Made by a program: the position numbers and the translations under genes. A DNA stretch of 64,000 nt, from the NCBI GenBank assembly GCA_963728945.1, contig CAVSMA010000002.1:674723-738722 (forward strand). The letters run 5' to 3'. The DNA is from an uncultured Actinomycetota bacterium. Lineage in GTDB: Bacteria; Actinomycetota; Actinomycetes; Mycobacteriales; CADCTP01. The notes beneath the pieces were generated by a model. It did no database searches, was not told where the DNA came from, and saw only the letters and a list, made by a program, of their open reading frames with translations. This document shows positions 1-10,411 of this stretch, piece after piece (positions within the stretch are counted from its first letter, which is position 1; each line of letters opens with the position of its first letter).

Positions 1-1
1 G

Positions 2-799
2 GGCTTCGCGTACGGGCCGCAGGTCGACCCGGCGGGCGACCTGTCCGGTGCGTACGCCGAGGAGGTCCGACAGCCTGCCCCGGTGCTCACCGAGGTCTCC
101 TTCGACGTCGCCGCCGGCCGCACGGTCGCGCTCGTCGGGCCGACCGGCAGCGGCAAGTCGACGCTGGTCTCGCTGCTGGTCCGGCTGGTCGACCCGGACA
201 CCGGTGCGGTCCTGCTCGACCACGACGACCTGCGCGAGCTGGCCCGCGGCGGGGTGGCCGACCAGGCCGCGCTGGTCAGCCAGGCCACGTTCCTGTTCGA
301 CGACACGGTGCGCGGCAACGTCACGCTCGGCGCGGACATCGACGACGAACAGGTCCGCGCGGCGCTGTCGCTGGCCCAGGCCGAGCGGTTCGTCGACGCG
401 CTGCCGCAGGGCCTGGACGCCAGGATCGGCGAGCGCGGCACGACGCTGTCCGGCGGCCAGCGGCAGCGGCTCGCGCTGGCCCGGGCGCTGGTCCGGCACC
501 CGCGGCTGCTCATCCTCGACGACGCCACCTCCAGCGTCGACCCGGCGGTGGAAGCGGCGATCCTGCACGGGCTGCGCTCCGCCGACCTCGGCGCGACCGT
601 CGTCGTGGTGGCCTACCGGCGGGCCACGATCGCGCTCGCCGACGAGGTGGTCTGGATCGAGCACGGCAGGGTCGTCGACCGCGGCACGCACGAGGAGCTG
701 ATCGGCCGCACGCCGGGCTACGCGCTGCTGGTGAACGCGTACGACGACGAGGCCGAGCGGCGGGCCGGGCTGGTCGGCGCCGAGGAGGCGGCCCGATGA
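2..799 (+). CDS. ABC exporter, fused permease/ATPase; only the C-terminal ATPase domain is in the window (5' end outside)
   Basis: Frame is open from the window edge. Walker A GPTGSGKST, ABC signature LSGGQRQR, Walker B LLILDDATSS. Its TGA overlaps the next ATG (ATGA, 796-799). Confidence 0.9.
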   Translation, partial: GFAYGPQVDPAGDLSGAYAEEVRQPAPVLTEVSFDVAAGRTVALVGPTGSGKSTLVSLLVRLVDPDTGAVLLDHDDLRELARGGVADQAALVSQATFLFDDTVRGNVTLGADIDDEQVRAALSLAQAERFVDALPQGLDARIGERGTTLSGGQRQRLALARALVRHPRLLILDDATSSVDPAVEAAILHGLRSADLGATVVVVAYRRATIALADEVVWIEHGRVVDRGTHEELIGRTPGYALLVNAYDDEAERRAGLVGAEEAAR

Positions 800-2619
800 C
801 CCGGATGTCCGCCAACCGTCCACTGGAGACGGACGACGCGCTGACCCTGGCCGGGGCCGGCCGCCGGGACGGCGCGCTCGCCACGATGAAGCGCGGACTG
901 CGGCTGGTGCCGGAGCTGCGCCAGGGCCTAGGGCTCACCCTGCTGCTCGCGCTGATCGCCACCGGCGGCCGGGTGGTCGTCCCGCTGGCCGTGCAGCAGA
1001 CGCTCGACCGCGGGCTGCTGGCGACCGGCGGGCCGGACCTGAGCCAGGTCGCCTGGATCGTCGCCGGCTGTGCCGGCATCGTGCTGGTCACCGCGGGCGC
1101 CGCATACCTGCTGAACTACCGGCTGTTCCGGACCACCGAGACCGCGCTGGCCGCCCTGCGGGTGCGGGCGTTCCGGCGGGTGCACGACCTGTCGATGCTG
1201 CACCAGCAGGCCGCCCGGCGCGGGTCGCTGGTGTCCCGGGTGACCAGCGACGTCGACCAGATGTCGGTGTTCATGCAGTGGGGCGGCATCCTCGTCGTCA
1301 CCTCGACCGGCCAGCTGCTGATCGCGACCGTGCTGATGGCGGTCTACTCCTGGCAGCTGACCCTGCTGGTGTGGGCGTGCTTCGTGCCGCTCGCCATCGC
1401 GCTGCCGAAGCTGCAGCGGCGGCTCGCCGGCGTGTACGCGACGGTCCGGGAGCGCATCGGCGACCTGCTCGGAGCGGTGTCCGAGTCGGTGGTCGGCGCC
1501 CAGACCGTCCGGGCGTACGCGGTGGAGGACCGGACCGCGGAGCGTATCGACGCCGCGATCGACCGGCACTACCGCTCGGCGGTGCGGGCGCAGAAGACCA
1601 CGGTGCTGGTGTTCACCAGCGGCGAGCTGGTGGCCGCGCTGGCCAACACCGTGGTCGTGGTGGCCGGCGTGCTGCTCGGCATCGGGGGGCACGGGCTGAC
1701 CGCCGGCAAGCTGGTCGCGTTCCTGTTCCTGGTCACGCTGTTCATCGCGCCGGTGCAGGTGGCCTCGGAGGCGCTGTCCGAGGCGCAGAACGCGCTGGCC
1801 TCGTTCCGCCGGGTGCTCGACGTGGTCGACGCCGAGCCGGACGTCGCGGACCCGGCCGGCGGCACCCCACTGCCGCCCGGGCCGCTCGCGGTCAGGTTCG
1901 ACTCGGTGATGTTCCGCTACCCGCAGGCCAACCGAGCCGCGCTGGTCGACGTCGACCTGGAGATCCGGCCGCGCAGCCGGGTGGCGGTGGTCGGCGAGAC
2001 CGGCTCCGGCAAGACCACGTTCGCCAAGCTGCTCACCCGGCTGATGGACCCGACCAGCGGGGAGGTGCTGGTTGGCGGGGTGCCGCTGACCGAGGTGCCG
2101 TTCGGGTCGCTGCGGACCCGGGTGGTGATGGTGCCGCAGGACGGGTTCCTGTTCGACGAGTCGGTCGCGGACAACGTCCGGTACGGCCGGCCGGACGCCA
2201 CCGACGACGAGATCGTCGCCGCGTTCGGCGCACTCGGGCTCGGCGAGTGGCTGTCCGGGCTGCCGGACGGGGTGCTGACCAGGGTCGGCCAGCGCGGCGA
2301 GGCGCTGTCGGTGGGCGAGCGGCAGCTGGTCGCGATCGCCCGCGCCTACATCGCCGACCCGGACGTGCTGGTGCTCGACGAGGCGACCTCGGCGGTCGAC
2401 CCCGCGACCGAGGTGCGACTGACCCGGGCACTGGACTCGCTGACCCGCGGCCGGACCACGCTGATCATCGCGCACCGGCTGGCCACCGCCGAGAACGCGG
2501 ACGAGATCCTGGTCGTCGACGCCGGCCGGGTCGTGCAGCGCGGGCCGCACGCCGAGCTGGTCACCCAGGACGGCCCGTACGCCCGGCTGCACGCGTCCTG
2601 GATGTCGCAGCGGCAGTGA
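796..2619 (+). CDS. ABC exporter, fused permease/ATPase (second half of a likely heterodimeric pair)
   Basis: 607-aa ORF with a hydrophobic N-terminal exporter domain. Then Walker A GETGSGKTT, signature LSVGERQ, Walker B VLVLDEATSAVD, H-loop IIAHRL. Translationally coupled to the upstream gene. Confidence 0.92.
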   Translation: MTRMSANRPLETDDALTLAGAGRRDGALATMKRGLRLVPELRQGLGLTLLLALIATGGRVVVPLAVQQTLDRGLLATGGPDLSQVAWIVAGCAGIVLVTAGAAYLLNYRLFRTTETALAALRVRAFRRVHDLSMLHQQAARRGSLVSRVTSDVDQMSVFMQWGGILVVTSTGQLLIATVLMAVYSWQLTLLVWACFVPLAIALPKLQRRLAGVYATVRERIGDLLGAVSESVVGAQTVRAYAVEDRTAERIDAAIDRHYRSAVRAQKTTVLVFTSGELVAALANTVVVVAGVLLGIGGHGLTAGKLVAFLFLVTLFIAPVQVASEALSEAQNALASFRRVLDVVDAEPDVADPAGGTPLPPGPLAVRFDSVMFRYPQANRAALVDVDLEIRPRSRVAVVGETGSGKTTFAKLLTRLMDPTSGEVLVGGVPLTEVPFGSLRTRVVMVPQDGFLFDESVADNVRYGRPDATDDEIVAAFGALGLGEWLSGLPDGVLTRVGQRGEALSVGERQLVAIARAYIADPDVLVLDEATSAVDPATEVRLTRALDSLTRGRTTLIIAHRLATAENADEILVVDAGRVVQRGPHAELVTQDGPYARLHASWMSQRQ

Positions 2620-2852
2620 CCACGGTTCCCCCGTTCGATAGCTGGTCGCCGTAGGCGCGGTCGCTTACTGTCCGAGGTGGGTAGCGCCTCAGTCCTGGTC
2701 CAGGATGATGCCACACTGCATCCGTTGACCAGTTCACCCATCGGGAGGGCCCGTGCCCGCTCACCCGCCGGCACGCCGGTGCCCGATCTGCGGTTCCCCG
2801 GTGCCCGAGCTGCTCGTCGCCGGACGGCCGGCGCCGCCGCGGCCGGCCGCGG

Positions 2853-3881
2853 GTGTTCTGCTCGTCCCGCTGCCGGCTCGGCGACCGGCGGCTGCGGGTC
2901 GAGCCCGACCCGGACCGGCGCCGGCGGGAGGTCGCCGCGTTCGCGACCGCGGTGCGAGCGGCGATCGCCGGGCACGGGTCGGTACTGCGCGACCTGGCCG
3001 AGGAGCTGGTCTGCGCCTACCCGTCGCTGGCCTCCGGCGTGGCCACCCTGTCGGCGTGGCAGTCCGGCAGCAGCTCACCGCCGCGGACGGTCGTCGGCCG
3101 GGACCGGGTGCTCGCCCTGGAGCGGGTGCTCGGCCTGCCGCTGGGTGAGCTGGTCCTGCGCATGCCGGGCGGACCGGTGGTGCCGGCGCCGCGCCCGCCG
3201 ACCCCGGCCCAGCAGGACGGTCCGGCCGCCCGGCGGGCCCGGCTCGCCCACCTCGTCGGCGGGTTCGGCGGCTCCCGGCAGGTGCTGGTGATCTCGCTGG
3301 CGAAGGAGGTGCTGCTCGACCCGGCCGGCCGGCCGCGGTGCGCGCGGGTCAGCGCCCGGGTCCGCGCCCTGCAGGACGGTGTCGACCGGCTCTGGTACGT
3401 CGACGGCGACGACCCGCGGCTGCGCCCGCTGGTGACCGCGACCAGCGGCTGCCGCCCCGGGCGGCGGGTGCCCGAGCGTGGTCGGGCCGGCCCCGGCCTG
3501 GTCGCCACCGAGCTCGTGCTCGACCGGTCGCTCGGCCCGGGGGAGCGGTACGGGGTCTCGTTCCTCGTCTCGTACGAGCCGCGGGCGGGCACGGCGCCGG
3601 CGAGGCCGGCCGAGCCGGTGCTCCGCCAGCTGGTGACCCGCCCGCTGGAGAGCCTCGACCTCGGGTTGGGCGTCGACCCGGCCGCACCACCGGGCGCGGT
3701 GCTCGCCTGCCGGTGGCGGGCCCGGGACGGCGCCGAGGTGTCCCGCCGGGAGCTGACCCTGCCCGGCTGCCGGTCGTACCAGGTGGTGGTGGCCGACCCG
3801 GTGCCCGGCAGCTACGGCTTGCGGTGGGCGGCGGTCACCCCGGCACGGCTTCCGACCCGGTCGGGCACCAGTGCGGCCTGA
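2853..3881 (+). CDS. hypothetical protein, possible zinc-ribbon DNA-binding regulator; this is the ORF body only, and the probable true start is GTG 2753 in another frame
   Basis: 342-aa ORF with good third-position GC, beginning (V)FCSSRCR. The upstream frame carries SD GGGAGGG, GTG 2753 and RRCPICGSP. No family recognised by eye. Confidence 0.55.
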   Translation: MFCSSRCRLGDRRLRVEPDPDRRRREVAAFATAVRAAIAGHGSVLRDLAEELVCAYPSLASGVATLSAWQSGSSSPPRTVVGRDRVLALERVLGLPLGELVLRMPGGPVVPAPRPPTPAQQDGPAARRARLAHLVGGFGGSRQVLVISLAKEVLLDPAGRPRCARVSARVRALQDGVDRLWYVDGDDPRLRPLVTATSGCRPGRRVPERGRAGPGLVATELVLDRSLGPGERYGVSFLVSYEPRAGTAPARPAEPVLRQLVTRPLESLDLGLGVDPAAPPGAVLACRWRARDGAEVSRRELTLPGCRSYQVVVADPVPGSYGLRWAAVTPARLPTRSGTSAA

Positions 3882-3988
3882 CGCTCGTTCGTCCAGCAGG
3901 AACGCAGCGCGCACACAGCCGACGCACAGCGTTCGCCCAGTGCCGCCACAGCGGCGGGAGGGAGGCTCAGGCGCGACGACGGACCTGA

Positions 3989-4717
3989 GTGGGTGACAGC
4001 ATGAACACGATGGGTGGGATTGTGAACGGCGCGCGCCGGCGGGTGCTGGTGGTCGACGACGAGGAGAACGTCGCCCACCTCGTGTCCTCCGCACTGCGGT
4101 TCGACGGGTTCGAGACGCTGACCGCGGACTCGGGCTCCCGCGCGCTCGCCGCGGTGGCCGAGCACGAGCCGGACCTGGTCGTGCTCGACGTGATGCTCGG
4201 CGACCTGGACGGCGTCGAGGTGCTGCGCCGGCTGCGCTCGGGCGGCAGCGACGTGCCGGTCGTGTTCCTCACCGCGCGGGACGCCGGCGAGCACCGGGTC
4301 GAGGGCCTGCGGGCCGGCGCCGACGACTACGTGGTCAAGCCGTTCAGCGTGGAGGAGCTGCTCGCCCGGGTGCACGCCGTGCTGCGCCGCACCTCCCCGC
4401 CGGACAAGCCGCCGACGTCGCTGCTCAAGGTCGCCGACCTCGAGCTGGACGAGGACAGCCACGAGGTCCGCCGGGCCGGGAACGACGTCCAGCTGACGCC
4501 GACCGAGTTCGAGCTGCTGCGCTACCTGATGCGCAACGAGCGGGTCGTGCTGTCGAAGTCGCAGATCCTCGAGCGGGTCTGGAAGTACGACTTCCAGGGC
4601 CGGTCCAACATCGTCGAGCTGTACGTGGGCTACCTGCGCAAGAAGGTCGACTCCGTCGAGCCGCACCTGATCCACACGATCCGCGGCGTCGGCTATGTTC
4701 TGCGCGCGCCGAGGTGA
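3989..4717 (+). CDS. OmpR/PhoB-family response regulator
   Basis: 242-aa ORF. Receiver motifs VLVVDDEE, DLVVLDVMLGDLDG, VVKPF. Winged-helix output domain (TPTEFELLRYL, IRGVGYVLR). ATG 4001 is an alternative start. Confidence 0.9.
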   Translation: MGDSMNTMGGIVNGARRRVLVVDDEENVAHLVSSALRFDGFETLTADSGSRALAAVAEHEPDLVVLDVMLGDLDGVEVLRRLRSGGSDVPVVFLTARDAGEHRVEGLRAGADDYVVKPFSVEELLARVHAVLRRTSPPDKPPTSLLKVADLELDEDSHEVRRAGNDVQLTPTEFELLRYLMRNERVVLSKSQILERVWKYDFQGRSNIVELYVGYLRKKVDSVEPHLIHTIRGVGYVLRAPR

Positions 4718-4718
4718 G

Positions 4719-6208
4719 ATGAACCGCTTCTCCCTCCGCGCGCGCCTGGTCGCCCTCGCGGTCCTCCTCGTCGCCTTCGCGGTGACCGCGGTCGGCGCGG
4801 CCACCTACGTCGCGCTCCGCAACTATCTCTACAGACCAGCTCGACGGCCGCCTCCAGCAGACCGCGTCGTGCCGTGCAGGGATACCTCGTCAGACGAGTC
4901 GCGCAGGACTACCGACGGCGTGCGCCGCCGACGGGCGGACCGCGAGGCGGCGGCCGTCCTCGTGCAACGGTAGCGGCTCGCCCGACGTCGCTGGCCGCTC
5001 CAGCGACGGCCGGGTCTGCCAGCTGACCGACGCCACGGCCACGACGAGGCCGTCGGCCTGCAGGCCGTCGACGGCGGGACACTACCGAATGGCGTCGAGC
5101 CGCAGACGCGCAGGTCGCCTCGCCGTCCCGAACCGCGACGCCGACCGACGGCACGTCGTGGCGGACTGTCTGCCGATCGACGCCAGGTGAGCAGGACCCT
5201 GGGACGCATCATCGGGCTCGAGCTCGTCATCGGAACCGCCGTCGTGGTCGCGACGGCGGATGCATCGGCACGATCGGGGTTCGGTTGGGGCTGCGGCCGC
5301 TGGACCGGGTGACGCGGACCGCGCGGACGGTGGCCGCGGAGCTGGGGCCGGACGGCAGCGGGCTGGAGAACCGGGTGCCGGATGCGGCCCCGGACACCGA
5401 GGTCGGGCAGCTGGCCGAGGCCGTGAACACCATGCTCGACGCGGTCGAGCAGGAGTACACCGCGCGGTACGAGAGCGAGCAGCGACTGCGCCGGTTCCTC
5501 GCCGACGCCTCGCACGAGCTGCGCACCCCGCTCACGTCCCTGCGCGGGTACGCCGAGCTGGTCCGGATGCGTGGCGGTCTCGACACCGAGGCGTCCGACT
5601 CGCTGCGCCGGATCGAGGCCGAGGGTACCCGGATGAGCGGGCTGGTCGAGGACCTGCTCACGCTCGCCCGGTCCGACCGCGGCACGATCGCCGAGCGGGT
5701 GCCGGTCGACGTGGCGGAGGTGGTCGACGACGCGGTCGCCGGCCTGCGCGCCGCCTACCCGCACCGGCAGGTCGCGGTGACCCACCGCGGCCCGCTGGTG
5801 GTGCTCGGCGACCGCAACCAGGTGCTGCAGGTGGTCACCAACATCCTCACCAACGCCGCGGTGCACGCGACCGCCCCGGTGCCGATCACCGTCACCGCCG
5901 GACAGGAAGGCGACGAGGTCGTGGTCCGGGTGGTCGACGCCGGTCCCGGCCTGCCGCCCGAGCAGGCGGCCCAGGTGTTCGACCGGTTCTGGCGGGCGGA
6001 CACGGCCCGCACCCGGGCGCGCGGCGGCTCCGGGCTCGGCATGTCGATCGTGGCGGCGCTGGTCGCCGGCCACGGCGGCCGGGTGGACTTCGAGTCCACC
6101 GTCGAGCACGGCACCACGGTGACCGTCCGGCTCCCGGCCGCGCCGCGTCCCGCCGAGACCCTGTCGTCCGAGGCGACGCCGCCTGCCTCGGCCCCTGTCC
6201 CGCGGTGA
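4719..6208 (+). pseudogene. sensor histidine kinase (TM-sensor-TM-HAMP-HisKA-HATPase_c) with its reading frame interrupted in the sensor domain
   Basis: TM1 (LVALAVLLVAFAVTAVGAA) is in frame 0 from ATG 4719, 2 nt after the RR stop. That frame hits TAG at 4971-4973. TM2 (IIGLELVIGTAVVVATA) reads in frame 0 at ~5208-5258. HAMP, the H-box SHELRTPL and GGSGLGMSIV are in frame 2 up to 6208. No single open frame spans the gene. Confidence 0.75.
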
Positions 6209-6302
6209 CGCCGGCGGCTGCGTGGCCGCTTCGCGCGGCCGTGCGGAGACGTAGTCCGGCATAAGGTTCCCGTCCGGGCTCCGGATCCCTATCGTTGCCG
6301 GT

Positions 6303-6830
6303 ATGACGGCGATCCTGGACTCGCAGTCCGCGCAGGTCGGCGAGAAGGCCCCGGAGGTGGTACGGCCTCCGGCCCCGCCGGTCAGCCGGCCCGCGCCGGT
6401 ACGGCCGCCGGCCACCCAGGCCGCGCCGGTACGGCCGCCGGACCCGCCGCGGGTCCGCCGGGTCCTGTCCGCCCGGGGCGTGCGCCTGTTCGGGGCCGCG
6501 ATGATCGCGCTCTACACGCTCGGCGTTGCCGTGCAGCCGGCACCCAACGGCCCGGAGCCGATCGCGCCCTGGTGGGCCGACGTGCTCAACACGGTCGCGT
6601 TCTTCGGCCTGCTGACCGTGTTCGCCGGCGCGATCGCCGGGCGCCGCTGGACGCTGTGGACCGGTCTGGCCACCGGCGCCAGCCTGCTCGCGCTGAGCGC
6701 CAGCTGCCCGGCCGAGGGGCACCACGAGATCGCCGCGTGGTGGTTCGTGCAGATGGCCGCCTTCGTCGCGATGACCGTGCTGCCGGCGACCCTGCTGCGG
6801 CGTACTCAGGCCGGGTCGAGCGCGGGGTAG
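6303..6830 (+). CDS. hypothetical integral membrane protein with a Pro-rich N-terminus
   Basis: 175-aa ORF. PAPVRPP repeats are followed by 3-4 hydrophobic helices. Good GC3. No family recognised. Confidence 0.55.
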   Translation: MTAILDSQSAQVGEKAPEVVRPPAPPVSRPAPVRPPATQAAPVRPPDPPRVRRVLSARGVRLFGAAMIALYTLGVAVQPAPNGPEPIAPWWADVLNTVAFFGLLTVFAGAIAGRRWTLWTGLATGASLLALSASCPAEGHHEIAAWWFVQMAAFVAMTVLPATLLRRTQAGSSAG

Positions 6831-7744
6831 CGCACTCCGGTCTTCTCCTCGGAGACCTCCCACAGCCGCTCCGCCACCGCGCGGTCGCGGGCGCGTGAGC
6901 TGACCGCGACCCGCTTCGGCGCGCCACGCAGCTCCAGGAACCCGTCCGGCCCGAACACCTCGCCGCCGCGGACGGCCGGGTCGGTCGCGGCGCGCAGCGT
7001 GGGCAGCGCGCCGTCCCGGGCGGACTGCCCGATCACCCGGCTCACCGCCTCCGTCGCCCGCTCCATGACCTTGTTGCCGGCCAGCCGCGGCCCCGCGGTC
7101 TGCAGGTTGGTCGCCGCGTACCCGGGGTGGGCGGACAGGGCCAGCAGCTCGACCCCGGCCGCGTCGGCCCGCCGCTGCAGCTCGAACGTGAACAAGAGGT
7201 TCGCCAGCTTCGACTGCGCGTACGCCGGCCACTTGCGGTAGCGGCCGCGGGCGTCGAGGTCGGTGAAGTCGATTCGGCCGATCCGGTGGTAGCCGCTGGT
7301 CACGGTGACCACGCGGGCACCGGGCCGGGCCAGCAGCTTGGGCAGCAGCAGCCCGGTCAGCGCGAAGTGGCCGAGGTGGTTGGTGCCGAACTGGCTCTCG
7401 AACCCGTCCGGCGTGTGCCGCAGCGGCACCGCCATCACGCCCGCGTTGTTGACCAGCAGGTCGAGGCCGTCCGGCCGGTACCCGGTCGCGAACGCCCGGA
7501 CCGAGGCGAGGTCGGCCAGGTCGAGGCGACCGAGCTCGGCGGTCGCGGCGGGCACCTCGGACCGCAGCCGGGCCAGCGCGTCCGCGCCGCGGTCGGGGTC
7601 GCGGGCGGCCAGCGTGACCGCCGCGCCGTGCCGGGCCAGTTCGACCGCCGCACCGAAGCCGATGCCGGAGTTGGCTCCAGTGACGACCGCCGTACGGCCG
7701 GTCAGGTCGGGGATGTCCACAGTCGTCCATGCCACGGGCCCCAT
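6806..7744 (-). CDS. short-chain dehydrogenase/reductase (SDR)
   Basis: Internal ATG 7744 of the 431-aa ORF gives 312 aa. It starts [29 protein letters not shown] and carries TGxxxGIG, NNAG and YAQSK (YxxxK) motifs. Confidence 0.85.
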   Translation of the reverse strand: MGPVAWTTVDIPDLTGRTAVVTGANSGIGFGAAVELARHGAAVTLAARDPDRGADALARLRSEVPAATAELGRLDLADLASVRAFATGYRPDGLDLLVNNAGVMAVPLRHTPDGFESQFGTNHLGHFALTGLLLPKLLARPGARVVTVTSGYHRIGRIDFTDLDARGRYRKWPAYAQSKLANLLFTFELQRRADAAGVELLALSAHPGYAATNLQTAGPRLAGNKVMERATEAVSRVIGQSARDGALPTLRAATDPAVRGGEVFGPDGFLELRGAPKRVAVSSRARDRAVAERLWEVSEEKTGVRYPALDPA

Positions 7745-7777
7745 CCTGCCGGTCGCCGGCGGCGGCCGCGCGGCAGA

Positions 7778-8188
7778 ATGACGGGCATGTCCGCAGCCGC
7801 CCGCCAGTCCGACCTCGACCCGACGATCGCCGCGCGGCTCAAGCGCGACGAGCACGGCCTGTTCCCGGCCGTGGCCCAGCAGTGGGACACCGGCGAGCTG
7901 CTCATGGTCGGCTGGATGGACGACGAGGCGCTGCACCGCACGCTGACCACCGGCCGCTGCACGTACTGGTCGCGCAGCCGCCGGGAATACTGGGTGAAGG
8001 GCGAGACGTCCGGTCACCTGCAGTGGGTCCGCTCGGTCGCGCTCGACTGCGACGGTGACACCGTGCTGGTCAAGGTCGACCAGGTCGGCGCCGCCTGCCA
8101 CACCGGCGACCGCACCTGCTTCGACGCCGACACGCTGCCCGCGGTCGTGCTGGAGCGCCCGGCGGCGGTGGACCGGGGGACGCCGTGA
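7778..8188 (+). CDS. hisI: phosphoribosyl-AMP cyclohydrolase
   Basis: ATG 7778 (alternative 7787) lies inside the 7127-8188 ORF. Motifs [38 protein letters not shown]...AACHTG. Stop overlaps the trpE start. Confidence 0.88.
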   Translation: MTGMSAAARQSDLDPTIAARLKRDEHGLFPAVAQQWDTGELLMVGWMDDEALHRTLTTGRCTYWSRSRREYWVKGETSGHLQWVRSVALDCDGDTVLVKVDQVGAACHTGDRTCFDADTLPAVVLERPAAVDRGTP

Positions 8189-9711
8189 CGACCGGTCAGG
8201 CGGTCCCGGACCGGGCCGGGTTCGCCCGGCTGGCCCGCGGCTCCCGGCTGGTGCCGGTGACCCGCCGGCTGCTCGCCGACGGCGAGACCCCGGTGGGGGT
8301 CTACCGCAAGCTCGCCGGCGGGCGGCCGGGCACGTTCCTGCTCGAGTCGGCCGAGCACGGCCGGTCCTGGTCGCGCTGGTCGTTCGTGGGCGTGCGGTGC
8401 TCGGCCACGCTGTCCGAGCGGGACGGGCGGGCGGTGTGGACCGGTACGCCGCCGCCCGGCGCGCCGACCGACGGCGACCCCCTGGAGGTGCTGGCCGCCA
8501 CCTGGCGGGCGCTGCTCGGCCCGGCGCCGGCCGGCGAGCTGCCCGACCTGCCGCCGCTGACCGGCGGGCTGGTCGGCTACCTCGGCTACGACGTGGTGCG
8601 CCGGATCGAGCGCCTCCCGGCGTACGCGACCGACGACCTCGGGCTGCCCGAGCTGACCATGCTCGTCGCGACCGACGTCGCGGTCGTCGACCACTACGAG
8701 GCCAGCGTGCTGCTGGTCGCCAACGCGCTGGTGCCGCCGGACGCGCCGGCCGGCGCCGTCGACGCCGCGTACGAGGACGCGGTGGCCCGGCTGGACGCGA
8801 TGACCAGGGACCTGGCCACCCCGGCGCCGCCGAGCGTCGCCGTGACCCGGCCGGTGCCGCCGGCCGAACACGTGTCCCGGACGCCGGCCGGGCAGTATCA
8901 GCCGGCGGTCAAGGCGGCGCTGGACGCGGTGCGGGCCGGCGAGGTGTTCCAGGTGCAGATCGGGCAGCGGTTCGAGACCCGCACGGACGCCGACGCGCTG
9001 GACATCTACCGGGTGCTGCGGACGCTGAACCCGTCGCCGTACATGTACCTGCTGCGCCTGGACGGGTTCGACATCATCGGGTCGTCACCCGAGGCGCTGG
9101 TGACCGTGACCGGCGGGCGGGCGGTGCTGCACCCGATCGCCGGCACCCGCAAGCGCGGCGACACGCCCGAGCGGGACGCCGAACTGGCCGCCGAGCTGGT
9201 CTCCGACGTCAAGGAGCGGGCCGAGCACGTGATGCTGGTCGACCTGGCCCGCAACGACCTCGGTCGGGTGTGCGCGCCGGGGACCGTCCGGGTGGTCGAG
9301 TTCGGCGCGCTGGAGCGCTACTCGCACGTCTGGCACATCGTCTCCACCGTCACCGGCGAGGTCGCGGCGGGCCGGGACGCGCTCGACGTGCTCACCGCCT
9401 GCTTCCCGGCCGGCACGCTGACCGGGGCGCCGAAGGTGCGGGCGATGGAGATCATCGACGAGCTCGAGCCGGTACGCCGCGGCGTGTACGGCGGGGCGGT
9501 CGGCTACCTCGACGCCGCCGGCGACCTGGACATGGCGATCGCGATCCGGACCGCGGTGGTCCGGGACGGGACCGCCTACGTGCAGGCGTCCGCCGGCATC
9601 GTCGCCGACAGCATCCCGGCCGCCGAGGAGCTCGAGACCCGCAACAAGGCCCGCGCGGTGCTGCAGGCGCTCGCCACCGCCGCCACCCTCACCCCGCCGC
9701 CGATCCCATGA
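8185..9711 (+). CDS. trpE: anthranilate synthase component I
   Basis: 508 aa. Motifs [46 protein letters not shown]. Confidence 0.95.
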   Translation: MTTGQAVPDRAGFARLARGSRLVPVTRRLLADGETPVGVYRKLAGGRPGTFLLESAEHGRSWSRWSFVGVRCSATLSERDGRAVWTGTPPPGAPTDGDPLEVLAATWRALLGPAPAGELPDLPPLTGGLVGYLGYDVVRRIERLPAYATDDLGLPELTMLVATDVAVVDHYEASVLLVANALVPPDAPAGAVDAAYEDAVARLDAMTRDLATPAPPSVAVTRPVPPAEHVSRTPAGQYQPAVKAALDAVRAGEVFQVQIGQRFETRTDADALDIYRVLRTLNPSPYMYLLRLDGFDIIGSSPEALVTVTGGRAVLHPIAGTRKRGDTPERDAELAAELVSDVKERAEHVMLVDLARNDLGRVCAPGTVRVVEFGALERYSHVWHIVSTVTGEVAAGRDALDVLTACFPAGTLTGAPKVRAMEIIDELEPVRRGVYGGAVGYLDAAGDLDMAIAIRTAVVRDGTAYVQASAGIVADSIPAAEELETRNKARAVLQALATAATLTPPPIP

Positions 9712-10343
9712 CCACCACCCCTGAGCCCGCGGAGCGCGGCCGCGCGACCCCGGCCGGACGAGGTGCGGGACGGGAGCTGGTCTCGGTGGCGGCGGTGTGC
9801 GCGGTCGGCGGCGGGATGGTGCTGTTCGCGGTCGGGCGGCCGTGGGTGGAGCTCGTCGCGCACCGTGCGTCGCCGCTGCCGGACGTCACGCTCGGGCTGT
9901 CCGGGCGCACCCTCGAGCCGCTCGTCGCCGGGCTCGGCATCGTCGGGCTGGCCGGCGTGGTCGGGCTGCTGGCGACCCGCCGCTGGGGCCGGCTGGTCGT
10001 CGCCGCGATCGTCGCGCTGTCCGGGCTCGGCGTGCTGGTCACCGCGCTCACCCGGCTCACCGCCCCCGGCGCCGCCGAGGCCCGTGACCTGCTGGCGGGC
10101 GCGGGCCGGTCCGCCGGCGCCGCCGCGGTCACCGCGACCGCGCACCCCGGCTGGCCGCTGCTCGCCGCGGCCGGCGGGCTGCTGCTCGCCCTCGGCGGCC
10201 TGGCCGCGCTCGCGCGGTCCCGGCGCTGGCCGACCATGTCGGCCCGGTACGAGACGCCGGCCGCCCGCACCGGCCGCCTGCGCACCGACGCCGCCGTCTG
10301 GGACGCGCTCGACCGCGGCGACGACCCGACCGCGGGCCCCTGA
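9708..10343 (+). CDS. Trp-biosynthesis-associated membrane protein (Rv1610-type)
   Basis: ATG 9708 overlaps the trpE stop (ATGA). 211 aa with about 4 hydrophobic helices. It sits in the conserved position directly after trpE. Confidence 0.75.
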   Translation: MTTTPEPAERGRATPAGRGAGRELVSVAAVCAVGGGMVLFAVGRPWVELVAHRASPLPDVTLGLSGRTLEPLVAGLGIVGLAGVVGLLATRRWGRLVVAAIVALSGLGVLVTALTRLTAPGAAEARDLLAGAGRSAGAAAVTATAHPGWPLLAAAGGLLLALGGLAALARSRRWPTMSARYETPAARTGRLRTDAAVWDALDRGDDPTAGP

Positions 10344-10411
10344 CCCGGCCCGTACCGTCCTCGAACACGGCGCTGATGTGACCGCGCCGCCGCGGACCGT
10401 ACGGTGGCTGC

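Noticed and set aside
8150-8190. A search for a Trp-codon leader peptide or attenuator upstream of trpE.
   Set aside because: The hisI stop overlaps the trpE start (8185-8188), so there is no untranslated leader in which an attenuator could reside.
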